A DNA stretch of 60,363 bases, counting the filler, from Sphacelaria rigidula (taxonomy: Eukaryota): NCBI GenBank assembly GCA_964200075.2. It is 5 parts of 5 records of this genome, joined end to end, with 100 filler letters (N's around TTAATTAATTAA, not from the genome) between each part and the next. Parts side by side here need not be neighbours in the genome. Positions count along the whole stretch, not along the records: positions 36,280 to 48,271 come from CAXNAA020004263.1; positions 48,372 to 60,363 come from CAXNAA020004264.1; 3 more parts are not named here. One strand, given 5' to 3'. The position numbers and the translations under genes are program-made. Shown in pieces: positions 39,641 to 52,400 of the stretch. The notes below the pieces were generated by a model. The model was not told where the DNA came from. It saw only the letters and a program-made list of their open reading frames with translations, and made no database searches. Every line of letters starts with the position of its first letter. Position 1 is the first letter of the stretch.

Positions 39641-40592
39641 GAATTGTCGTTCCATCACAAATTCCTCGCACACCGCACCCGCAATGGCACAATCAGTACT
39701 CCATCACACACTCTTCGCATACAAGCGTAGTACAGTCAGTGCAAAAGTAGTTGTCCATGTTGTATGTACAGTACCATGGCAACAGCATAGGTGCTGCGGC
39801 ACTCCGTGCATCCTCTTCATGACTGTAGGACCAGGGGCAGGCAGTATAGACAGTACAGTGCTTTTTTGCCGGCAGCGTTAATACCGTAAATAGCAGGATG
39901 TCGCCCCTGCTGGCCGCGTTGACTGCTCGTATCATTTCATGCTTGTAGTGCCCGCCACCGATTGCGGACTCTGCAGTATTCTGTGTACTGAGGGTGTGAG
40001 GCGGTTGCTGCCGCACTCGTAACTGTCACGTGAATTTTTTGTGTGCGGTATGGCACACACCGCCTGCTGCACATATTGCACCGCTTCCGACACGACTACT
40101 GTACCAAGCAGCAATCGGCTGAAGTCAGGGTTGATAAGCCCATCATTTCGATCTCTATCATACCGGTAGCTTCTGTGCGTGTGCATGTGCGTGTGCGTGT
40201 GGGTGTGCGTTTGCGTTTGCGTGTGTTGCCATCCCATCCACCCTGTACCTCGACGGGATTATTTACGTGTTGCTTTACTGCAGGTGACACAAGCACAAAA
40301 GTAAGCTCGTTCGACCGAAAATACCTCAGAGTAAGAATCTGGGCTGAAACGTGACAGGACCCCCGATGACCGGTCAGCCCGTAAGTCACTCAATATTGAG
40401 TACAGATCATTCATTTTTCTTGGAATGTGGAGCGGATAGAAATATCTTCAGATCCCCAACGTGATGAGCTGTGGCAAGCGCAAAGAGCCCAAGAAGAACG
40501 TTTCGAAAGAATAACACAAGGCCACAAAATAAACAGTTAGACCACCCATCACTGTAGCATGAAACGATGTTGATGACCTTCGACTGTATTCC

Positions 40593-41640
40593 ATGCCCAT
40601 GGCTACCGCTCTCGATGAGTTCGGCTCAATTGTACCCATCGCAGCGCACAAAAATGGCGATCAATGCTTCGCAACAGCGGGCAAAACAGAGAATGATCTG
40701 TTACAAGCGCGAGGGTATTTTCCAAACTGGAAATCAGGACGCGATCGCACATATCTTTCGCTGCACTTCGTAACGTATGCGTTCATCTCACAAATCAGTA
40801 GTGCATGCTAGCAGTTATCGTTCAACCCCACGATTGACAACTGTACTCTCACCCTCACAAATCGATGTGATCTTCGCTACTCCTTGTTTCGTCTCTACTC
40901 TACCTTTTGAATTTGCCACAACGGTGTATCACCCTCGAACTTGACACACTGGTGTGTATTTGTCTTACCTACACATGGCAAGTTGAGTTGTCTCATTAGG
41001 TGCTGTGTGGGTAGAGATGACGTGAAACTCTGTATTCGGTGTTGTTTGTTGTTATTGTTATTTTTCATTATTTGTCGCACTTTGAACCCCTTCCCTTCCT
41101 CGGGACGAGTCCGTGGTCTCAAGGGATCAACCCGTCCCTCCCCGGTACACGCCTTGCATTTTGCTCTCGCGGATTGGGACAGCACTCCCGCACCGCGTCA
41201 ACTCACGTCAAACAAACCATGAGTTTAGTCACGTTATCGCGCTTTCCACGGTGGAAGTCAGATACTACGAAGGAAAAACCCAACGCATCGGGAATCGAAC
41301 CCTCGTTCTCTCCACCCTAAATGGCGACAGTCGGACCATTACACCACCGTGGGGCGAATCGTGTCTTGTTGTTTGTTGTTGTCTTCACATTAAAAACCGT
41401 TCCGATATCTGCGCGGTACATTCGTACTGGGCATCTGATGCGGACGCCTTGCTTGTGGTGTCGAAGCATAGAACATACGGTAGAAAGGCCAACTAAAAGC
41501 AGCATAAAAATCGCGCGGATTTCGCCGCACATGGTTGGAGCTGGCGATTCCGAGGAGTCTGTGCCTCATACTATAATTTCGGCGTACATTTTTGCTGTAT
41601 AGTTGCACTTGAGGTAGACATCGCATAGCCCGCGTTGGAT
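40593..41640 (+). pseudogene. Decayed ORF with CoiA-like (PD-(D/E)XK) nuclease resemblance, interrupted by a SINE
   Basis: MATALDEFGSIVPIAAHKNGDQCF..DLLQARG..GRDR...HF at the N-terminus, then RSDI..GVEA..TWLEL after the SINE, spread across frameshifts. Motif-level resemblance only. Confidence 0.3.
41040..41356 (-). mobile_element. tRNA-derived SINE family B
   Basis: Minus-strand head with A-box TGGTGTAATGG and B-box GGTTCGATTCC, an AAC/AAT-rich tail, and the direct repeat TGTTGTTTGTTGTT at 41040-41053 and 41367-41380. Confidence 0.8.
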
Positions 41641-44600
41641 GCGGGCTGTGTACTGAATCTAAGTTCGATTCGACGCCACGGTATGTGCAGGATTGTTCAC
41701 CTTCTGCCGCGTTTTTGAGTTTGCCGCGTGGATGCATTCCCAATAAACGTTCTGCCGTCTTGAGACGCTGAATTTGGAACAAAAGAGCACAGTTCGGTAG
41801 TGCCTGAGCGCGCCATCAGTAGTGCATGCACGTGGTCAACACACAGCTGCTGTGATATAGCTCATTGACATGGCGCATTTGGTGGGTGTGTACGTGCTCT
41901 AGGCGGCGCGTGCGAATGTGTGTCCGCAGTATTTTTATTTTGCGCTCAAAGGTTGCGAAAAATCCCGCCACACCGAGGGTCGATGTGCGACATGTGACAC
42001 GCGAGGGGTTGTTGACAACCGGTGCAGTTTAATTTTTGACGGGCATATTCACATAATTGATACGCTGTTTGGGGGTAAGCCATGCCCTGTGACATGTCGT
42101 ATTCGCACTTCAACCTCGGGTTGAACAGGCGGGCGTCAATTTACCTCTGCTCTTTCCGTCCTGCAACTATTCCGATTTACTTGACGTGGCATTATACGGG
42201 CGCGCGATGGGCAATATCTCGGTCACAACAGTGTCGCGAAGTGGCATGGAGTGCTTGTTCGAGCTCGCACCCATTGGGCCGCGTGACGTCCTAGCTCGCT
42301 GCGGAGAAGCCGCTTCGGGGAACTGGTGGGGCGCTGAGGAATGCTTGCGTGTCGACAAGCAAGGTCGCGTTGTGCTTGTAGACCCGGACATCTATTTCGA
42401 GGTGCGGTATGTTGTGTGTACTTGGACGCGCGCGTGCTATTATGGAACAGCCGCTGCTGCTGCTATGGACGGTACACTCTGAGCGTCTACTCTGTTGTGG
42501 TCGATGTCTTCAAGCTGTGGTCGCTTGTGGTATGTCTCCGTTTACGAATGTTGTACCTCCTCCGTCCAGTACGTCCAGTACTTTCATTTTACTCGCCATA
42601 TCTGCAGCTCTAGGACGATTCACGCGGAGCTCTTGTTATCGATCGGGAAGAATACTACGTGTAGTGAATTTAGGCATTCGTAGTTGTTGTTCCGATGTTC
42701 ATTTGTCGGAATTTCGGGGTCACAGAGCAGGTCGGTCGAAGCAGCCAACGTCGACACCGCTAGTTGAGCCCCGAACATGTCAGCAAGATCTCCACGATGT
42801 TTAAGCCAAGATCGTCAGCGTCCGAGGGGGGGAAAGTTGCCAGCTGTACAAACTCAACAGGAGTCACGTGGGCTGTTGGAAGTGACTGATCGAAACATGT
42901 AGCGCGACATGTATTGCCTAACATCCGTGCGACTTGGCGCACTATTGCGCGAGTTCTACTGAGATCTATCGCCTGTAGCTGGTACAGATCAACGGGTGAC
43001 GTCTTGTATGCTAGCATAAGCCCCTGCGGCTTTGATTTTGGCGTGTTTGATTGATCGATTGTCGCACTTTAACTGACCCCCCAGGGGTCCAGCCATGGTC
43101 TCATGATGGACGTACTCAAGGAAAACGGAATGCAAACACGCTCTTAGGAAGGAAAAAAAAAGGGGAACAGAAAACAATAGGAACAGAGGAAAAAAAGAAA
43201 AAGAAAGAGGGGTCGAACAGAACGACATAGCAGACTAAGTCGCGACAAAAAAAAGTAATGAAAGTTCAACACGAGCAGAACGCAGGAAGAAATGACCGAC
43301 CTAAAGCAAGAAAGAGGAAAACAAAGAGGAAAGTACAAATTTAATAAACAAATACAATGGAACGATGGGGAAAAAAAAAACCCAATAAGTGTGACGAATA
43401 AAAAAGATAAAGTAAAACAAAAAGGCACTCTGCTCACCAAACGGATGAAGCTAACTCCGAAGTAGGGCGGTGTGATCAGAGAAGATTCCTCAAACGTTTA
43501 CCCGGAGCTCCACGTCACTCTTCTTAGGTCTGCACACTCTCGACATTCCTGTTGTTTGTGGATTTGCGTAACAGTGCAGACGGGCCGGAAAATCGTACGA
43601 CGCCGCCCCTCTGACATTGCAGAGCATGGAAATAGCTCACACGAATCAACAATGGAAGCCGCACGACATACACAATACAAACCTACCAGCGCTCAGTCGC
43701 ACCCCCTCTTGAGCGAGGCGACCTGAGGAAATGTACGTGAACAATGGTTGGTACTATGGAGATGCCGCCAATTCTAACCCTAACCCTAACCTCGACCGAG
43801 GCATACCGAGAACCCTCGGGCAAGGGGGTGCAGAGTGTTCCCTACGCAGAGTGTGCGTTGCCAGAGCTCAAATCGACGCCTTTCAGCTGATTTTGGACCA
43901 AAACACGTTCTGGGCGAGCTGGGTCTACTGCTCACCACTGCTCACCTGCCCCAGACCATGAATTTTCTCAGAACTTTCTTGAGTCTGAAATCAAGTAAAA
44001 TCGAGTACAAACCATTGCTTGCGTACATCTCCTTAGGTCTACTGTCTTGAGCGTGTGTGGCTTGGGTGATTTTGTTTACATATAGTGTTTACTGAGGAAT
44101 TACAAGCTGCTCAAGCTCTTCCNNNNNNNNNNCTCAATCCCCGCCTCCTCCCGCCCACACCCTGTGGACAGCATTTCTACGGGCAGCGGACTCTTGTCCG
44201 CATCGCGGCGTCAGCCTGCTTCGCGGTGCTGTCGGGCAGACCCATCGGCCGCGCTTCGGCGCTGACCCCCACCTTAGTCGGTCACCTAGTCCAAGCATGG
44301 CATCGGCCCAGACGGCCAGTTTCGGGCGCTTTCATTATCCCGAATACGGGATTGCGTGATGAACGTCCCGTGCGAATGGGGGCTGGAGCTTCTTTACCTC
44401 AGGCCAGCAACGGTAGCGAAGATGTTGGAGTTGTGGCGGTAATACTGGTGAGAGGTAATCTTTGATGAACGCTGAGGTCGAGAACAAATAAATCGCGGGT
44501 GATCGAGTAAAGGGAATGAATGCAACGGGGTGGGGAGAGGGCGGAGGGGGGAGGAGGCAGGGAGGGAGATATATTTTGTGTTTCGCGTTTGTTCAGAGTC

Positions 44601-45265
44601 ATGCTCCTTTAGCGTTTATCTATCCGTTTAGAAGGAAGCATGATATAGTGCGGTGGAAAATCAACGTGATATTTTGCATACTCGGGGGCCCAGTACGGGA
44701 TTGTTCTCGTGGGCAAAAACACGGTCCTTTTTATTGTACGATGATGAGAGCGAAGCGCGTTCATGTCTAGGCAGCCTAACCTCAAGACTTGAACATTTTT
44801 GGAAGTCGTGCGATTTAACAAGTCGAGCTTCCAGCCGTTGATGTTTTTGTCGCCCCCCCCTCCTCCCACCAACCCCGCGGCACTCAGGGACGACATTTGG
44901 CGGTCGTACCCACGTTACCGTGGACGCAAGAAGCAACCATCATGAGTCCGTCGCGATGCATCCAGGGCACCGCTGCTCCTGCACATGAGAAGGGTAGACA
45001 GACAGCAACGCAGAAGGCCGGTCAGGACGAGACCGTTGTCCTCGGAGGGCAGCTGTTGGCGTGGAGCGATGACGGAAGGTATTTTTACTGTCGAAAAGCA
45101 AGCCGGATTCACATGTCGAGTGATTCTCGGTTGTGCCTTCCTTCGAAAAAGACGTTCACACCAGTGCTCCACCCCCGACGGTCCCGGCTCCTTCCGGTAA
45201 TGTCTACCCCCGTTCTCAAGAACGTTCCTTGGATAAAGAGTTGTGAGTGCGGCAGGTTCCATGTC

Positions 45266-46703
45266 CAGGCTGGTTCACGTTATTGACGCAAAATTCTCTC
45301 ATCAACAAATGTCTTTCGCGGTACCTACCCAATGGTCGCACACATGGCATCATACTGACCGACATGGACAACTGAAGATAGGTACATGGCCGGATTCTTG
45401 TTTGAAGCCGTAGCGGTGGCGCGAAGGACGAAAAGGTGCCTCGACCGATCTGTGCCGTTCAAATTGTTACGAAGTATATAGTACAGATTCCCAGTACAAT
45501 TTCTAACCGATCTGCACATGCTTCAAATCGTAGTAATCGCCATCAGCTTGGGAATCTAAGGGGGAAAACATATTTGAGAACGGTTACCATGCGTTATGTG
45601 TGTGCTGTCGGGTTTTGGCGTCTTCGCATTTCCACTGGAGACATGCACCAAAGACACGTATAGCCTCTTGACGATTTCCCGTCTTTCGTGAGGAAGTCCT
45701 GACCGTCCTCAAACTTGGCAGTTCGGTAGGTTTCGGTGCTCCTAATGTAAACACGTTTTGTTTAAATTATGTGAATATTTCCGCACTTTACCGGTTCCGG
45801 GGGGTCCCGCCGCGAAGAACCCCAGAAGCCGTTACAGAATGCCTCGAAGCCAAAAATACAAAGCGTACACGTGCCGGGGTAGTCCAAGGAACATTTGTGC
45901 AGAGTTTCGTTGCGTGACCCGAAAAACTGATGCGGTGGGGTTATTTTGACGCAAAGCAGACGTTTTCATACTAGAATCAAGTAGTTAAGAGTTTGTACCT
46001 TTGAAGCTCACTTCATCGCACACAGGCGCAAATGTTCACGCCAATTGTTGGAGTTAGACGCGGAACCCTTGCACATATATACCGTGGAACATTGCGAAAC
46101 TTTTCACGAATGGGAGGAGATATTGATTTCTTTCGCCGGCTATCGGGGGTCCCAGGAAGGCACACGAAGGGTAAGGGTATGTTGAGTCTCCCGGACCCTG
46201 GGACCCCAATAACCTGACGAAAAACGAAAACCCCCCGTGAAAATGACCTAAAGTGTTGTCGTCCCATGTGTTCTGGACGCCGGTCTACACCTTTTGGTAT
46301 ACATGGGCGCACCAGCCGGGGTCACACAGGAGGAAGGGTAACACAGAATTTATTTTCTTCTTGTTTGTTTCAGGTCTCTACCTTCCTTCTACGATGCTTA
46401 CCTTTTCTTTTTTATCGCGAGAGGGGCTCAGCAGACCCTCTCCCTCGTCGACCATTAAGTCGAATTTTGTGTACCCACGACATTGTCGCTCTCCACTGGT
46501 GGGCGTTGGGTGAGAAAGAGTCCTAGATCGCTCCGAGATTCGAATCCACGACCCAACCGTCAGAAGGTGTCGAGATTACCAACTGACCCACCGGGGCGAC
46601 CGACTGTAGTACATATGTGCAGATTTCAGAGTCTAATTCTAAGAATAGGCGTGGACATTTGCGAATGATTGAGTTTTAAGTCATATATGCGTGGACCAGC
46701 CTG
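45266..46703. mobile_element. Non-autonomous Tc1/mariner-like element family D, with nested SINE
   Basis: TIRs CAGGCTGGTTCACG / CGTGGACCAGCCTG followed by TA; interior is colinear with 58265-59764. Confidence 0.72.
46253..46601 (-). mobile_element. tRNA-derived SINE family E (Arg-TCT-like head)
   Basis: Minus-strand head GCCCCGGTGGGTCAGTTGGTAA..ACCTTCTGACGGT..GGATTCGAATC with A and B boxes but no paired acceptor stem. About 280-bp body; interrupts element D. Confidence 0.75.
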
Positions 46704-46719
46704 TAAAAGGGAGATAATC

Positions 46720-46779
46720 GGAAACCTCATACAGTTTTTTCTTGCCTTGACGTAAAATTCACCCCGAAAGACGTTTCAT

Positions 46780-46855
<76 letters not shown>

Positions 46856-47643
46856 TCCGCACATTAGTCTAAAAACAAGTAATTAGGGGTTGCGCATTTT
46901 GATTAAGCGCACGTCTTCCCCAAACGCGCGAACCTTCACGCCGTTATTAGGATTGAGACCCTGAAACTTCGCTCAAATATGCTTTGTGACATTACGAAAA
47001 TTATACAGTTGAGGTTTCTTACTTCCTGAGTTTTTCACCCAGTTTTTCGGGGGTCCGACGGGATCCAAGTCGTTTCGCGAAGTAGCCTCCATTCTGCGAC
47101 CCCGGAAAACCGGCACTACGATATATACTTTTTCATTTTTCGCGAACGAGCTGTTGCCGTGTAACCCAAGGAAGGGCCCCACAAAATTTCGTCGCAAAAC
47201 TCGATCAACTGATGCTTGGATTTTCATGTTCACGTAAAAGCAGGCCCGAAGACGCCGTTTTGGTACTAAAATCAAGTAGTTTGCGGTTTCACCGCAGCAC
47301 GGCAAAGTTAATCGCACAAAAGCGAAAAATCCCACGCCGGTTTAAGGAGTTAGACCCTGAAAGTTTGCACAGCTGTGCTGTTATTTGAGTCATTATGCAA
47401 CTTTGGATTCACGATTTTTTTCTTACCGTTGTACGGGCGTCCGATTGGATCAATGTTCCCCCGAAAAAACTGGGACCCCCGAACGGTGAAAAGAGTAAAA
47501 AAGTTGAAAAAAAAACACTCGACCCTCGAGAGTTGCGAAATGCCCCACAGAACATCTGTGCAAAATTTCAGGGTCCAACTCCTTGAAACGGCGTGAGATT
47601 TTGTCGATGAGTGTGTTTTTGGTGATGAGCGTGAACCAGCCTC
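46720..47643. mobile_element. 5'-truncated family D copy containing an (ATT)n tract at ~46784-46855
   Basis: Colinear with 58950-59764; ends GTGAACCAGCCTC followed by TA. Confidence 0.72.
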
Positions 47644-47752
47644 TAATAAAAAGGAATACCCCCGAACAGGAAGATTTTTATTTATTCGTGAGTTGATGGA
47701 CGTGGTACTGAAAACTGTATAATGGTTATTGCCCTCAAGGCCGCTCCTATTA

Positions 47753-48208
47753 GGCCGCTTCCTATGGACGGGGAAAAAAACTCTCTGAGAACTGCCTTTT
47801 TGAACCTTTCATCACGGATTATTGGCGGAATGGGCCTCCTCGGAAATATTTGCTTTATTTCACGAGGATTCCAGCGCGCTTGTCCCATCTTTCGTTCGCC
47901 CAGTTTTGCTTTTGGCCGGATTCTGGAATTTTTTCAGTCGCCCCAAAAGAGTCCGAGTTGTCGGGGAAAAGTGTGTCTTTTTCCCGACAACTGGGCGGTT
48001 TTGGGGCGACTGGAAAAATTCAAAATCCGGTCAAAAGCAAAACTGGGCGTACAAACAATCGGAAACGTGCGCTAGAAACCTCGCGAAAAACATCGCCAAT
48101 TTTTCCGAGGAGACCAAATCCGCCAAGGCCCGTATTCCGTCAATAATCCCTGAAGATTCAAAAGGGCAGTTCTCCAAGATACTTTTTTTCAGTCTATAAG
48201 AAGCGGTA
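47753..48208. mobile_element. Foldback Harbinger-like MITE family C
   Basis: TTA-GGCCGCTTCCTATGGAC...GTCTATAAGAAGCGGTA-TTA gives a TTA TSD. Palindromic along its whole length and homologous to 32721-33199. Confidence 0.82.
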
Positions 48209-48271
48209 TTAGGCCGGATGTAATGGCACACAGATTTTTGGGCCACGGATTGTTCACTTTTGGGACGTTTG

Positions 48272-48371
48272 NNNNNNNNNNNNNNNNNNNNNNNNNNNNN
48301 NNNNNNNNNNNNNNNTTAATTAATTAANNNNNNNNNNNNNNNNNNNNNNNNNNNNNNNNNNNNNNNNNNNN
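48272..48371. other. Artificial contig spacer
   Basis: N44-TTAATTAATTAA-N44. Confidence 0.97.
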
Positions 48372-48397
48372 GGCGGGGGGGTGGGGTGGGGGGGGGT

Positions 48398-48440
<43 letters not shown>

Positions 48441-49498
48441 ATGTATTTGTTGCTCGCCTCCGTCATTTAACCATTGAGCACGCATCCCTCTCGACACAGA
48501 GCACCGTTGCCACAAAAAGGGAAGACGGATACTTTGAAGACTGCTGGACCTCAGTCCGGATCGTCCCTCCGTACAATACAGTCGCAGTGGCAGATTGGAT
48601 TGTTCTGTAGCTGCAGCAGCACGGGGACTCACAGCGCCCGGTATTTTCTGTTACGCATCGTACGCTGTGCTCTTTAGCTACGTTTATGGTTGCTTGGGAC
48701 AGTAACGATACGAGCGACGACCACGGTTTTTCTTCTTCGCAGTAGTCTAGCGTCGCGACTAGCGAATATCCTAAAACATCGTGTTAGCGAGTCGGAATCG
48801 CTCGTGCGTTGTAACTGTCAAGATGGGGACGTGCGTGCTGGGCTCTGTAGCTGACCCCTCGGAGTCCAGACGTCACAGATCAACCCTGCATCAATCACCG
48901 GAGACAGGTGGGGAACTATTGCTTAAATTTCAGGACTATGAGGGACGGGATCGCTGGAAACACGGTACGTGCTCATCGCATGGATGTCGTGCTCGCAGAC
49001 AGAGAGGAGTTGTCCAGCTACAGCGTCGGCATTTTCAAATTGGAAGGTCAGCCAGCGACGCTGTTCCCATTATCTGCCCCCCAAGATATTCCAAGGCTGT
49101 AGGAATGACCAGCCCGCGACTTTGAGACCGTTTCTCGAGGCGCTTCGTTGCGCATGAGGAATATCGATCACAGCACACAAATATGGCATGTCGGAATCCT
49201 CCTGTGTGTTACCCTTGGCAATGGGATAGCGTGCGTACGTGTATGGCACATTGTTTCTCCAGCGGGACTGTCCACCACATGCCTTTTGTGGAAGCTGGTA
49301 CCAGACTCATCACGTGTGAGGAGTGCAAAAAGAGCAGCTTGTCGAAACCTGCTGCAAACTCTGAAATCCTGGAAAAGTCAGAGACCTCTGGGCGAATGTA
49401 TAATAATGCTCTCTCTTCGACACTCGATTGATGCCATACTCTAGAATACACCACAAGGATTATCACGCATGTGGCGTGTTTACGATGGCAGCACTCAC

Positions 49499-52400
49499 CC
49501 TTTCCCGCCACAATGAGATGCCTCTGTTGAGTCCGTGCAGGGCTGCAAAAGTGGAACCGTTCTCCAAGGACCGTCGCAGACATCGCTGGACATTGGTCGC
49601 AGTCCACCATCGCCGTAGAGCGGTAGCTCTCCTACCACGATCAGTAGCTTGCCTAAAGTGCCTGCAACGACATTTTCCCGCAAGGACGAGCAGTGGACTA
49701 TTTGCTGGACGTTGATGTTTTAGCAGAATCACACAAAACTAAGCAACCCATGAACGCGAGATGCGATAGGAGCAAGAGGAACCCGAGAAGCCCCACAAAA
49801 ATATGTCGGCTTACATTTCTGCCGCATCCAGCCTTACTCTGCTCATCGCCCCCCCGCGCCACCTTCGTAGAGCCAATCGCGCACGCCGCCTGCAGCTCGC
49901 GTCATTGAAGCGGCTACCCACCCGCAACAGCCGCGCTAAGACCCTACCTCCTTGGCCGGCGTTCCACCGTGCTTGTCCGCCTCCCTCCCCGAAAGCGGCC
50001 CGACACCACACCCCTAGAGCACGCCGTGCGCGCGACCGCGCCAGATGGATCTCCCTGCCATGTTCCGCTGCGTCCAAGGCTCCTCGGGTACGGCAGAACT
50101 CCGCCCAAGCGGCCACCGCGCCCCGTAGTCGGGACTCACGCAGCTTCCCGCCGAGTTCGTCGGGGCCTTGCCGCAGTCTCCTCCGACGTGTCGCGCTCGC
50201 CGTCCACTCCCGCAATGCGGCGCGAGCAACGTCTGCTAGTGCGCGCGCGGAAGTCTCTGCGCGAAATGCAGTCGCACTCTCCAACGCTGCTCGGTGGTGT
50301 TTCGCGCGCAGCGCGCGGGCGTTCCACGCCAGCAGGTATCGGGAACGGCGGACGGCAGAGATGCGGGCGGCGGCGGCGTCCGCCCGGCGCCGAGTGCAGA
50401 CAGCGTTTCGGAGCAATGTTACGGCGTGCGCGGTCTTGAGACGGTCGCGCCCTGCACGGAACGAGATGGCGGTAGCGAGAGCCAAGGCCGCAGCTCGTTC
50501 TCGATTTTCGTGCAAGCGTGCTTGCATCCCCTGCTCCCGTGCAGCACTTGCAGCCACCTGACTCGAACGAGCAGGGCACAAAAAGCACAAGAGCGACATT
50601 ATTCAGCACGAGGCCTCGGTAGGACAACCGGGTCGTGAAAAGCACCTCACTCCACTTTTGGCGGTCATTAGCGGGAGGACAAGGGCGAGAATAAAGCTAC
50701 TCAGGCGAATGCGTGACTTTGTCAGGGAAAAAATGAATCCATGGCTTTTCAGCATGATAGCACCGCCGGCAGGAATCTCAGCGCCACCACCTAGACTTAG
50801 CGTATGAGCAAGCTACAGGTTTTGTTTCCAACATAATATCTACTCCAGAAACACACAACGCCGATCCAATCCGGCGCCTTGGAAAAGCAGGTCGATTTCT
50901 CATACACGTGTGTATGTTTCTCCGCATCAGGTAGTCATCGGCCGTGGGCGGAGAATTGACGGAGACACTACCCACGGAAAAGAGATGAGGAAGTGGTCTT
51001 AGTGGTCATACTCACGACGAGCAAGTAATGCTCGCGAGCAGCGCTGCATCGGGTAAGACACACCGGCACACTGTCGGCATATTGCGCAAGCGAGTCGACA
51101 GGCGGTCGTCGTGCACGTGAGGATAGAAGACCAGATCAAACTTTTTCAAGTAATGAATAATGCATCGAGTGGTATTATAGATTGATTGGCTGTTTGATCG
51201 TCGCACAGTCAAGTACTTCACCGCAAACTCAGCTGAGGTAACGAGATGGGGGTACCCAGGGTGAATACACGGAAGCACTCGCACTAGTAACAGTCGCTCA
51301 TCAAAATTGAGGATGGGGCTTTTCATTGAGGATGAGAGCCCGTAGGATTAAAATCTTCGTTTCCACACCAAATCTTCGAAATATGATTCCATTCCTTCAC
51401 CTACTGGTGGCTATTGACAAGTACTACACGTGATACAAATTTGGATTCCGACCACCGAAATGTTGGGGTCCTAAATGAAAAAACAAGTTGGGGAATTTCT
51501 GCGATCCGATGGTATCACCTGAATTACCCCAAACTGTTTCTTGATCTAGGAACCCAACACTTTGGTTATCGAGATCCAAATTTGTAGGGCGTGTAGCAGT
51601 TGTCAATAGCTACCCGGAGGTGGAGGAATGGAACCCTATTTGCGAAGATTTAGTGTGGATACGAAGATTTTCATCCTCCGGGCTCTCATTCTCAATGAAA
51701 AGCTTCAACCTCAATTTAGATGATCGGCTGTTTAGTGAAGAAAGTTCGAGAAAACGGGCAAAAAATAAAACAAGGAAGGGAGATACAAACACAGCAAACC
51801 AACACAGACACCATGCCAAGAACGAGCGACGGTCCCCAGAAGGAAAAAATCAACATCCCCACCAAGGCTTCACCCTTGAGGCTGTCTGAAAAGGAAGGCT
51901 GTGGATACAGGTTCTAACTGAGCTATTCGAGACCGCACCTATCAGGCAGGGACTTTCAACCGCCAGCGCTAGCGCGACAGGAAAGAGATATACTTCCTCT
52001 GTGCCAGAAGTCTGGGAACTTATGGTTGTACGAGCCCTCAACGGTGTGATATCTGATGTTCGATCTTTTTATTGCATTCGTCGGCGTTTTTTGAGCTGAA
52101 AAAAACATTCTTTCCACGACGTGGGTGCTTGACCCATGCAGCCGCGCGGCCGAGAAAAAGTAGGTCGGTCGAAAAACGGCCATTTTTCTGTCGTTTTCCC
52201 AGGAAAGCATAAGAGACCTGGGAACACCAAAAATCGCGAAAAATAGGCCAGAAAATTGTGAAAATCGCGAAACCACCATATATTTTTTGACATGCTCATG
52301 ATGTTTACCTACGCTCGCCCCATCCAACATTTTGTTAGCATGGTACTTGCTGGTGCTCGACCTGAAGACGTCCAAAATCGGTCAATGATGGGGGTATAAA

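Noticed and set aside
44915..45262. Sfi1-like peptide as a further exon of the piece 5 gene
   Set aside because: It is on a different contig, and the similarity is limited to one short motif.
46530..46601. tRNA gene (also 41285-41356)
   Set aside because: A and B boxes are present but the acceptor stems do not pair and both continue into SINE bodies.
48372..48439. Poly-G tract as functional G-quadruplex (also 896-921, 12155-12176)
   Set aside because: Simple homopolymers, two of them at or near contig ends; no evidence of function.
49803..50561. Plus-strand 252-aa ORF (and 52764-53324)
   Set aside because: Antisense shadows of the GC-rich Sfi1-like exons.
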